Positions 36,850 through 64,000 of a stretch of DNA of 64,000 bases are shown piece by piece. Every line of letters begins with the position of its first letter. Positions within the stretch are counted from its first letter, which is position 1. The notes beneath the pieces were generated by a model. It saw only the letters and a program-made list of their open reading frames with translations, did not search any database and had not been told where the DNA came from. Origin of the DNA: the human T2T-CHM13v2.0 reference genome, Homo sapiens; NCBI RefSeq assembly GCF_009914755.1, contig NC_060925.1. The stretch is one strand, 5' to 3'. The position numbers and the translations under genes were made by a program.

Positions 36850-37260
36850 GTAAACTCGCCGCGCGCGGGGCGCAGTGTACATAGTAACCAGCCCTGAGTA
36901 AACGTTCGTCATATTCCTATGAGCTGCTCCGGGGACTGTCCTACGGGGCTAGCAGGAAAAGGAGATCGGCTCTCTCCGCTCCCGGTGGAAAACGAGAAGG
37001 TCGCCAGAGGTCCTGTTTTCGGGGTGATCTAAAGCCCCCGCCCCAGCGCTACAGCCCAAGCCCCCCACAGGCTGGGGACCAGGAACCCGGAGGAGCGGGA
37101 GGAGGGCGCGCGCGGCGAGACACCCCCACCCCGGCCCCCGCGCGCCCCCGCCCCGGTCCCCGCCCGGGTCCCCGCCTTGTCCTGGGCTCTGGCGCCTGCG
37201 CCGCCGTGCGCGCGCCCTGCCAGAACAGGAGGGGACGAGGCGGGCGCGCGGCGCCGGCAG

Positions 37261-37503
37261 CCTAGCTCAGCCGGGACACCGCCCTAGTCCCAGCCCAGGG
37301 GGCCGCTCTCGCCGGCGTCGAGGGCGTGGCGGCGAGGCTGCTGCTGCAGGCGGCTCCCGGCTCTGCCTTCGGCCCCGCCCGCCGCCCACCAGGCTCCCAG
37401 AGGCCCCGCAGCTCGCGCCGTCCGGCTCCCCGCAGCCCCGTCGGGCAGCCCGGGCCCGTCCGCTGCCCTCCCGGCTCCCGTCCTGCGGCGGCGGGGCGTG
37501 CAG
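37261..37503 (+). other. RCAN3: RCAN3 main non-coding exon 1 (start approximate)
   Basis: Strong donor CAG|gtgagg at 37503/37504; GC-rich and ATG-free; downstream of GC boxes and the NRF1-like site. Confidence 0.75.
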
Positions 37504-37639
37504 GTGAGGCCCCACGGCGCCCGGCCTCTCCAGCAGGTTTGCACCCAGCGCGGGGCGGGGCGGGGCGGGGCGGGTGGGGGGGGTGGTGCATGAAAAGTTA
37601 AAAAAAAAAAAAAAAAAAAAAAAAGCCGCCCCGAGAAGT

Positions 37640-38026
37640 CCGGGAGGGGTGGGCACTCCGAGCCGCGGGACCGGGAGATGCTACCGCGCGCGACCTCGCC
37701 TCCCGCGACCTCGCCTCCCGCCGCACCCTTCTCGCGCGCGGGGTCTAGTCTGGCAGCCTCGAGGGTGGTGTCCCGGAAAACAAAACAAAAATGTTTTGTC
37801 TTCTCCACCAACGATTTTCTCCCACCAAGTGTGTTTGACCTTTTGAAAAGCCGACAGGCCCAGCCTGCCTGTGAAGGCAGGAGCGGTGTAGGGGCGCCTG
37901 GAAGGTGGAAGCCCCCTGTCTTTCTCCCTTGCCCCGCTTCCCCCACGGTGCGTGGATCACCATCGCATTAGTGACTCCCTAACTTCTTGAAACTTGTCTG
38001 TCTGCTTCTGTCCGCCGCCTGGACAG
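37640..38026 (+). other. RCAN3: RCAN3 alternative first exon (downstream; start uncertain)
   Basis: Donor CAG|gtaggg at 38026/38027 at the 3' edge of the CpG island. Confidence 0.45.
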
Positions 38027-38554
38027 GTAGGGCAGGAGTGATCTGTTCCAGGTTGATTCTTCTAGCTTCCGTGCAAAATCTGATCATCTCCTTTAGAGAT
38101 TAGGATTCTAGTGTAGGAAGCAATCCAGATCCGTGTTTCAGATACAAACAAGGATTATTTAAAGTGATGTTTTCCTGTAGTGCTGAAAGCCAAAAATATT
38201 CGCTTCCACTTGTTGGAAGCCACCAAGTACACCACATTTATTTGAACTTTTCATAGAAGTCTCTGATGTACTATTTGGCAAAAGAAGCAATTGATTTATC
38301 TGTAGCTGTGATTACATACGATGTAAAGTAATTTGTTTTAAGACTATTTCATTGGCTTTGGTTCAATATCTTAAACTCTGTAAACACATAATTCAGGAGC
38401 CAGATATGCATCACACAAATGTGTTCTTTTTGGTGGGGATTTAAATTGATCTAGAAATGGGCTTTCCATCCAGGAAGACTGTGAAAAGCTTGAAAACTGA
38501 GTCTCTTCTTTAGCCAGGTCATCAGCTTTACATTTTACTGCATTGGCAAGCCTT

Positions 38555-39908
<1,354 letters not shown>

Positions 39909-42186
39909 CCAAGTGTTTTGTTTTGTTTAACTTAGTTGAAATTTTTAATTTAGAAATTTAAAAAAGGAACTTAGTAGCCCAAAGCACCTATGTTTATTTT
40001 ATATATTTTATACACTTTATGTATTTTATCTTGTTCATTTTATAAATACAGAAAAACCAAGGGATTTTTCCCAAGGTTATACAGCAGGACACTTGTAGAG
40101 CTGATAATGGAGCACTTGTTTGCTTCCAGTATTGTTTGGTAGCATTTTTAACATACAAAAAAAGTGAAAAGTACATCTAGCTAAGATACTGAAATGTTCA
40201 CCAAGTTGGGAAGCCTATTAATTTGAAAAATTATTATTATTTTAATCCTGGAGGAGAAAGAATTTGCGTTTTCCTGATCAGAACAGAAAATGCAAGATCC
40301 ATGCCATGTGCTTGACATTTTGCCTTGATAGATGACTTTTGTCACAGGCCTGTTGTGGCAGAGCAGATGGTCATGCTACTTGGAGTTTTTCCACTCATTT
40401 GATATTTCCATGAAGAAACAATTTGCCAGAAGCCAGCCGTAGTTAGAGTTGTGCTGGAGATGACGGGAAACCTGGATTAGCACAGACTTTTGCTTACAGG
40501 AGCTGGAGGATATCGGTTCAGCCCTTTCTGCTGGGCCAGTCAAGAGTTCCCTGGATTGGTAAACTGAGGAACAGTTTAGTCTTGTGATAGTTGGAGTGGA
40601 GCTATAATTATACCACTGCACTCTAGCCCGCATGACAGAGACCCTGTCTCTAAAAAAGGAAAAAGAAAGAAATATAGATATCTTGGGACAAACGACAAAT
40701 AATTTGACAATAATCTAAAGAAAAATTGAAGGAAAATAGCTAAGACATTATTAGGATAACTGATAAAATTTGAATCCAGATTATGCATTTGACAAATTAT
40801 GTATTAGATAATAGTATTATATCAATGTTAAATTTCCTGTTTTTGATAATTATCCTATGGGTTATATAAGAAAATGATCTTGTTCTTATACACTGAAGTA
40901 TTTGGAAGTAAAAGGGGTATGCTCCATCTTTCAATGGCTCAGGAAAATGCATGTCTATAAAAATAGAGAAAGATAAAGCAGATGGTCAAAACAGAAGGAA
41001 TTGGTGACTCTGGGTAAAGGATACAGCATACCCGAGTTCCTTGTGCTATTCTTATAACTTCTGTTTGAAGTTATATCAAAAAAAAAAAAAAGGTACTCAA
41101 AATTGAAGGTAGAAAACAGGAAATGAAGGTGTGATATTCTAAGAATTTTTTTTTTTTTAAGTCAGGTGAAGGATTATTTCCTGTGTTCTGTTTTTTAAAA
41201 TCTTTTTACGGGTTAGACGAGGGAACTTGAAACAAACAAATCTTATCAAGAATAGGTTGACTTTCTCAAATTTCAAAATCTAGTCAGCCAGAGCTCCCCA
41301 ACTTACCAGCCTCCAAAAACCCGGGCACAGTATTTTCTCTACCTCTTTTTAATGGGTTGGGAATAGGATAGAAACATTAGTGCCTCTAAGAGATAAGATA
41401 CAAAGACAGCCCACCTTTAGAGATACTAAAAGTTAAATTGCACTTGGTTTTATCATTTCCCTGCCTAAAAACCCACAATGGCATGCTGATATTGACATGG
41501 TTTTTGTGTCAAAACTCTGTAACCCTACTTGCTTGGCAACCTGGCCCATACCTGCCTTTCCGACTGTCTCATGCCACCCCCACCAAACACCTTGCACCCT
41601 AGCCATGCCAGATCACGTGACCTTTGTGCATGCTGGTCCTACTGTCTTCCTGCCTTTGTTCATGTCCTGCTGGCTTTGTGTGGAATGCTCCCCATTCTTT
41701 TCCTCCTGAAATTCTGTTCATCCTTGAAGTCTCACCATTGCCTCCTTGGGAAGCTATCTCTAATCCCATGCAGAATTCAATTTACCTTTGTCTGTGCTGA
41801 CATATCAGTGGGGTAACTAAAATACTACCTGCTGTTATTCAGCCTCCCTTATTAAGCATACACTGTGAGCGGGAAACTATGCCAGGGCCTGGGGTTTCAC
41901 AGATACAGTCTTGTAGCTAGGAGTGATTTGTAAACAAATAATCACAATGTAAGTGTATAACAGAAAAATGAACCAAGCACTGTAAGAGCTAAGTCCACCT
42001 GACAACTTTGTCTTGAAGAAAAGATTAATGAAAGCCACAGTGAGATACACTGTCACTCCCTGCCCCGCTTCCGCAGGGCCCCTTTCCAGATTGGAGATTT
42101 CTGGCACGATAAATGAGTAAGTTAAAAACAGTTGTTGTACCTGTGGGCCACCCAGATAGATATATTCAATAGAAAGTGAAAAATAC

Positions 42187-42518
42187 GGCTAGGCGTGGTG
42201 GCGGCTCACGCCTGCAATTTGGGAGGCCAAGACGGGGGGATCACCTGACGTCAGGAGTTTGAGACCAGCCTGACCAACATGATGAAACCCCATCTCTGCT
42301 AAAAATACAAAAAGTTAGCTAGGTGTGTGATGGCATGTGCCTGTAGTCCCAGCTACTCGGGAGGCTGAGGCAGGAGAATCGCTTGAACCCTGGAGGCAGA
42401 GGTTGCCAGTGAGCCGAGATTGCGCCAGTGAGCCGAGATCGCGCCACTGCGCCGAGACTGCGCCACTGCACCCCAGCCTGGACAAGAGTGAAACTCCGTC
42501 TCAAAAAAAAAAGAAAGA
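42187..42518 (+). mobile_element. Alu with an internal 19-bp triplication
   Basis: TSD aaagtgaaaaatac; repeated gccagtgagccgagat at 42405-42461. Confidence 0.88.
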
Positions 42519-43067
42519 AAAAGTGAAAAATACAAGACTAGAACTCAGGATTGAGAGTGAGTCTTGGTATATAAATTTGAATGTACCCATATGGATGACT
42601 GATTTTCAGGGTATGTAGGCAGGAAAGACCAACAGGTAGATCACAGGCTCTTGGGGACATGGTACTTTTCCAAACTACCCATCCTCTTTATTGCTCAAGG
42701 TTCTGCTCTGGCTTCCCTCCCAACTTTGGTGACATTCATCCTGTCTTAAGGTCGTTGCACGAAATGAGAGCCAGTATTGACACAGGTGTGTGTGAACCAC
42801 AGGGAGGCAGGAACTTAGTTGAGAACCTCTGGTGATTAGGCAGCTAAATACTCCAGTGTGGATAAAGTCACGCAGGAGAGAAAGATGAAAAAAGGATGAG
42901 GATGTGGAGAAAGAGGCAGTAAAAAAGATAGAGCTGGTGAGGAAGAAGGGCCAGGAAGAGGCAAGACCCAGAAGGCAGGGACACAGGGAGGTCTAAGAAT
43001 GAATGGAATAGGCAGCCAGGTCATGTGCTACAGAGATAGGCTGAGACCTGACACTGGGTTTCAACTA

Positions 43068-46227
<3,160 letters not shown>

Positions 46228-46487
46228 TTGGGAAGCCGTTGCCATCCATGAGGAGGACAGCTGCAGCCAAAAGGTAGTGTGGAGGCCAAACTGCACCTAA
46301 TTCAGGAGTGACTAGAGCAGAGGGAGCACGGCAAGAAGAGATCACATTTCCCAGAAGCTGGTAGGAAGGTGAAGGAGAATTAGGGGGAGCATGAGGGGAG
46401 GGTAGAATCCAGATGGTAGGGCTCGCAGGAACACATGTTTGCTGAGGAAGAGGAACAAGTGGAGAAGGAGAAATTGAAAGTACAGCT

Positions 46488-48110
<1,623 letters not shown>

Positions 48111-48760
48111 TTAAATTTTGCCTACCGCAAATATTTCTAACATTAACAAAGACTGAATTTATAGACAGCTTTTGATTCTGTGTAACTTAATTCTTTCAAG
48201 TGTATTCAAAAAGAACAAATTGGTTAGGAGAGGTAGAGTCAGCTCATCACAGACCATATTTCAGGGTACAGATGGTGAGAGAATTAGTGTGGGTTGTATT
48301 TGGCTGTGCCAGTTACAGTGTTGTAGATGGAAAACCCCAAACAAATATGTGGAGGCTCTTCTGGTTCACATTTTTCTTTCTACTGCTTATAAACTAGAAT
48401 ACATATTGATATGATCTCATTTTATATTACCCTTTTTTCCCTAGGTTCACTAGAAAACGTTTTGCCTTTTTTTCTTAATAAATCATTGCCAGTGAAATAT
48501 GTTACATAAAATATGCTAAGCAAATCAAATTAGCGTATCTAGAATTCACTTACGAGGACTGTAATGCATTGATTTAAATATTGATTCATCGTTCTAAATA
48601 AAATTGCTTCATTTGATGAATTGCAGCCTGGAGACATTGATTGATTGGAACATTATTTGGTCTTCGGAGTTTTACCTCTGCATTTTCTTTTTTTTTAACA
48701 GTGGGTGCCTGATAGACATCCTAGGACTATACAGAAGGAAAAGGCCCACTTTGGGGGATA

Positions 48761-49388
<628 letters not shown>

Positions 49389-49813
49389 TTAGATGTTGCC
49401 GCAGAATTTTTATTGTATTTTTAGAAGAGTTTCAGTCTGCAGCAGTTAGGAAATGTTTCAAAACCAGTTCTTCTCCATAGACACTTTAAGAAGCACTGGC
49501 ATTTAGTGAACTCTGAGTCAAGTCTTATTCAATCCATTCACTTATTTATTCACTTATTCATTTTCGGAGACTACAATTAAAGAAAACCTGGGGATCTTTA
49601 GCCGGGCTTCCTATTACTTGGGAGTGCATTCACAAAAGAAGGAATTCAGCTTTTTCCTGGGGCTGATTTACATAAAACCTATTAGGACTATTTATGATTT
49701 TGTCGTAACAAAATTGTTCACGTTTCTTGTATTAGTTTCTATAACTGGGGAAAATGATTGAGCTTATTATTTTAAAGATTCCTTTAGTTCATTTATTATT
49801 TACCTAGAAAGAG

Positions 49814-49816
<3 letters not shown>

Positions 49817-49852
<36 letters not shown>
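49817..49852. repeat. (TG)18 microsatellite
   Basis: Read directly from the sequence. Confidence 0.95.
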
Positions 49853-49854
<2 letters not shown>

Positions 49855-50250
49855 TTGTTTTGTTTTTCCCCGTCATGACCTCACAAAAGGCTATAGGTCT
49901 TAGTCCCACAAAAGTAAAATAGCTCTGCCACTGGGATGTGTCTTCCTTGTTCTGAGCTTTTTCTCAAAACCCTATCACTGGCCCTTTAGTTTTCAGCCGA
50001 TGTACCCAAAATATTTCCCTTCCGATGACTTTCTTGGAGCAGAACTTCAATACCGTTTAACTCAGGACATACTTGAGTGCCTACGGTGTGCCAGGCGCTG
50101 GTGCCAGTTGCTTCAGGGGATAGAGTGTGAGTCATGCAGCTTCTGCCTCATGGTGTCCAGCCCTGCAGCAGAATCAAGGCCAGGCAGCAGGGATGACAAG
50201 CAATTATGTTATCAAATGGAATCTTAGTGCCTTTAGAAACACTTGAAAGT

Positions 50251-53740
<3,490 letters not shown>

Positions 53741-54864
53741 CTCCAGAAGCAAATTAATCTTGCTTCTGGTTTGAACATGAGGAGTTTTCAAAATATAATT
53801 TAGGTTTTTATAACATGAGAAATGGGACTGTTTTTTTCTGCCTTAGGTCTTGGTGTTTGAGGGGACTCAGTAAATGTTAGTGTTAGCAGTCTTCTCAGCA
53901 GGACATCCTGTACAAAGAAATGCAGTAGAATCTAGTCCCCTTGCAAAGTACTGCCCTTTGTATATAAAACTGTTTATCTGACCTCCTCACCATAGGACAT
54001 TTGATTTGTGTTTCTGATTATGGTGGTTGAGGGATATTAAGACATCACTACTTGTTCTGCTGTCCTGCTCTGTGATGGGTGACACTGAGCATCTCATTGA
54101 GTTCCCAGTGCAAAGCAACACCTGTTAAATGTTTGTTGAATGAATGGATTCTGTAAGATGGTTGTTGAGGCTTAGTGATGCAATGCTATGATCGAGAAAC
54201 AGAATTGTGAGCTGAGTGAGGCAAAATAGTACGTAGGAGATTTAATCTGAAATTATGCTCCCAGATACACTGGCCTAAATTCTTTTGTGGCTTGTATAAT
54301 CATATGCACAATTTAAATCTTCCTTTCAAGCTTTGATTCTGTACCTTCCATTTAAAGAAGTATCAAAAATATTATTTAAGAAAAGTAAATGATATTTGGA
54401 AGCTGAGTGAAGTGATCTTATGATTTTTAGACTAAATCAATTGTTTGTACATTCTAGCATAGCCTTCAGCCCAGAAAAAGTAGAATCCTTTAAGGAAAGT
54501 GATGTTTTAAATTTGGGAATTAAAAAAGAGGATTCAAAGGAAGAATATCTCTGTTATAGTTAACTGTGTTTTTAACAGAGCATGAAACATCCTAAGGTTT
54601 CACTAAGTGTTTGTTTAATTGGTTTTATAGTGCTGTTCTGGCCAAGAATTAGTAATTTAGTTAGCTTTGAGGCTCAATTAAATACTAGAGAATCATAGTT
54701 TAGAATTAAGAAATCCTAGTCAAGTCTGTATTTTATACAGTGGGTTTAGAGTTATAGACATTGCTACAAAACGTTGTTGAAAGAAATTTAAAGAAGGCAC
54801 AAATAAAGGGGAAGACATCCGTATCTATGGACTGGAAAACTTAATAACATTAAGATGTCAGTAC

Positions 54865-55255
54865 ATACACCGTGGAATACTATGCAGCCATAAAAAATGA
54901 TGAGTTCATGTCCTTTGTAGGGACATAGATGAAACTGGAAACCATCATTCTCAGCAAACTATCGCAAGGACAAAAAACCAAACACTGCATGTTCTCACTC
55001 ATAGGTGGGAATTGAACAATGAGAACACAATGACACAGGAAGGGGAACATCACACTCCGGGGACTGTTGTGGGGTGGGGGGAGGGGGAAGAGATAGCATT
55101 AGGAGATATACCTAATGCTAAATGACGAGTTAATGGGTGCAGCACACCAACATGGCACATGTATACATATGTAACAAACCTGCACGTTGTACACATGTAC
55201 CCTAAAACTTAAAGTATAATAATAATAAAATAAAAATAAAATAAAATAAAATTAA
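54865..55255 (+). mobile_element. Young 5'-truncated L1PA (L1PA3-5-like) inserted into an older L1M ORF2 fragment (~54745-55860)
   Basis: Canonical L1 3' UTR with an (AAAAT)n-like tail; TSD aagatgtcagtac at 54852-54864 and 55256-55268. Confidence 0.92.
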
Positions 55256-55949
55256 AAGATGTCAGTACTACCTAAAGTGCTCTACAGATTCAACTCAATC
55301 CCTATCAAAATCCCAATGATTTTTTTTGCAGAAATAGAAAACCTACCCTGAAATTCATATAGAACCTCAAGGAATCCCAAATTGCCAAAACAGTCTTGAA
55401 AACAAAGAACAAAGTTGGATGCACACTTCCTGATTTCAAAACTTTAGTATAAAGCCATGGTAATCAAAACAGTGTGGTACTGGCATAAAGACAAACATAG
55501 AGATGGATGGAATTGAATAGAAAGCCCAGAGACGAACCTTTGTATATATGGTCAAATGATTTTCAACAAAGGTTCCAAGACTATTCTGTGGGTGAAAGGA
55601 CAGTCTCTTTTCAACAAAAGGTGCTGGGAAAACTGAAATCCACATGCAGAAGAATGAAGTTGCATCCTTATTTTATATCAAATAAAAAATTAGAATGGAT
55701 CAAGCTACTCAGGAGGCTGAGGTGGGAAAATTGCTTGAGCGCAGGAGTTTGAGGCCAGCCTGGAAACGTAGTGAGACCCCATCTCCTAAAACAAAACAAA
55801 ACAAAAAACCAAAGACTTAAACGTTAGAATTAAAACTATAAAACTCTTAGAAGATGCAGTAGCATCTTCAGAGAGAAGGCTCCTCTATGTGCTGGAACTG
55901 TGCTACCCTCTATGGCACAGCTCATAATAGCATGCTTTTAAAAGTATCA

Positions 55950-56318
<369 letters not shown>

Positions 56319-56598
56319 TTAATGTATTGAGAGCTTGTATGGGATGATGGAAAAGTTCAGGAGACAGATAGTGGTGATGGTCACACAGTAAGACTGTACT
56401 TAATACCACTGACTTGTACATTTAAAAATGGTTAAATGATAAATTTTGTGTTTTGTATATTTGACCACAATAAAAATAATGCAAAAAGAGCCTATTTTTC
56501 TTGAGTTTAGTGTTCTTGGTAATATGTATATACCAAGAATATATTTTTAAATATACACATACATATATTTATACACACACATGTGTGTGCGGTATGTA

Positions 56599-57107
56599 TG
56601 TATTGGACACCTGTTTGGCTCCACTTTAACCCTCTTTTCACCTAGTCATTGCTGGAGCAGCCAGCTGTGTGCAGGTGTGACCTCACACCTGGCCTGAGCT
56701 GCCGTGTCTTTCCATCCCAGCATTTCTGTGCTGCCTGAACAAGGATGCTCAGCCTTATTGATGCATGCACAGACTTGGAAGCATGAGGGAGTTAAAGTCC
56801 CATAGGGTAGCCCTCAACCAGTGGAAAACTAAACCCGGTGAATAAGCTCCTCTGTGTTCTGACACTGAAGCCAACAGTTCTCAGGCAGGTTCTTACTGGC
56901 TCCCCAGCAGATCAAGCCCCAGTTGCCCACAGAGGTGACCAGCTTGAAAACGCGACCTGGAGGGACAGAGAATGGGCTTGCCCTCCTTCCCGGTGCCACT
57001 GTTCCCAGGCCTCCACGCTTGTCTCATGGGGTCACTTCCCAAAACAAACACTCAGCGTGTGTGCCTTTGCCTTGCCTCTGCTTCTCCAAGGAGCCCAGGT
57101 AAGGCAC
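56599..57107 (+). mobile_element. LTR16-like (ERVL) solo LTR
   Basis: Motifs gccctcaaccagtgg...gccccagttgcccacagaggtgaccagctt...ctctgcttctccaaggagcccaggtaaggca. Confidence 0.6.
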
Positions 57108-57351
57108 AGGTAACGCTTCCAAGTTTGGTTATGGTTATTCCTCTTATGTAAGGCGCTGTTCCAGACTCTCAAAATAAAAAAGGCAATTTTTAGGTTATGC
57201 AAAAAGGATAGACTAATATAAAAAACACCCACGTGCCCACCCAATTTAGCAAATAAAATTTTACTAATACAGTTGAATCCCATGTCTCCTCCCAGAGATA
57301 ACCATCATCCTGAACTCAGGTTTCTCATTTTCCACGAAATCTGTAAACTTT

Positions 57352-61690
<4,339 letters not shown>

Positions 61691-62619
61691 TTCTGTATTA
61701 CTTTAATATATGGAAACACGATAGTAAATAAGAGTAGGATTAATCTTAAAACTGCCCCCTGCTGGAAGCAGCTTGCAGTCCACTGAAAAGCCAGACTGAG
61801 TAGAAGGTCTGACATAATATATTTTTTTAAATGAATTGACAAAAAATACATAGTTTTTAGGATAAATGATGTTTCCTCAATAATGAAGGATATTTGAACA
61901 CTGGAAGAATAAATATTGGTGCACAAATTATTTTATATTTTATCTAGTTGGAGAAATGTTGCAAAGTGGCAGGTAAATGTTCAAATTGAGAGAAGTTAAT
62001 AAATGAGGGAGTGTATAATTTGCACTTCAGGATCAACAGATCATTGAAAGATCTTTACATAGGCGAAGCAAGAACAAAGCTAATTTATAGGTTCCTTTTA
62101 TTGTGTTACCATTGCCAAGCCTAAGGAATATTTCTAAAGGTATTGAGAAGTTTCTTGGATCCATTTTATTGCATTTCATTTATTAAACTATTGCCTAAAT
62201 ATGTTTTCTGTAAAGAAAATTTAATGTTGCTTTTCTTCTAGTGATTGAAATTAGGCTTTTCATTATCCCAATTCATTAATAAATGGGAAAATAATTTTTT
62301 TCTCAGCCTCATGAACGACTCAAATATTGCTCTCTTTCTTTTTCTCTAGTCCATCTCAAAATACTCAGGAGATATACACGTACTGCAAATTATATAAAAT
62401 AATTTGTGCTCAGATATTCTTCCAATGCTTTTCACCCCAAAATGCATTTTTTGTGGAATTACATAGTCCCAGTATGAATTTTGAGAAAAAGGTTTGATTG
62501 TTTTGCCTTTGTGAAAGAGAAACTGTGGCTATAGGGAGTTAGGCATCTTTAAAGAAGTTGCCAAACGTACATTAGCATCTTTCATGGGAATTTCATTCAG
62601 GGGAGGAAAATAGAGAAAG

Positions 62620-64000
<1,381 letters not shown>

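Larger units (their letters stand above)
36690..38030. promoter_or_regulatory. RCAN3: CpG island and bidirectional promoter of RCAN3/RCAN3AS
   Basis: Very high GC and CpG density; multiple GC boxes (~37036, ~37146-37175, ~37551-37574); NRF1-like gcgcctgcgc at 37192-37201; no obvious TATA box. Confidence 0.92.

Noticed and set aside
37262-37946. Long ORFs (109-220 aa) on the minus strand of the CpG island
   Set aside because: High GC content depletes stop codons. The products are low complexity, two include poly-Phe from the A tract, and there is no recognisable domain.

Overview
This is primate (most likely human) genomic DNA matching the NIPAL3-RCAN3 locus (chr1p36.11, recognised from the encoded peptides and not checked by a search). 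It contains four parts. (1) The 3' end of NIPAL3 on +: a likely alternative terminal exon at 372, the main terminal coding exon at 3353-3552 and a ~3.8 kb 3' UTR. (2) About 29 kb of repeat-dense intergenic DNA: Alus, MER45B, THE1, a solo LTR12/ERV9 LTR, MER4A1, MER47B and L1/L2/MIR relics. (3) A bidirectional CpG-island promoter (~36.7-38.0 kb) with several non-coding first exons of RCAN3 (+) and the antisense lncRNA RCAN3AS (-). (4) RCAN3 intron 1 with a near full-length Tigger1, the first coding exon (48702-48955, ATG at 48761) and part of intron 2. Almost all other entries in the ORF track are repeat-derived noise. The most striking observation is that if the 254-nt RCAN3 ATG exon is back-spliced (it is flanked by inverted Alus), it carries an 84-codon ORF covering the whole circle, whose TAA stop overlaps its own ATG (TAATG). 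Other notable items are a datable inverted templated duplication that preserves the empty LTR12 site, an NF-Y-rich LTR12 pointing at RCAN3, and transposon-born minisatellites. Repeat boundaries and subfamily names were assigned by eye and are approximate.
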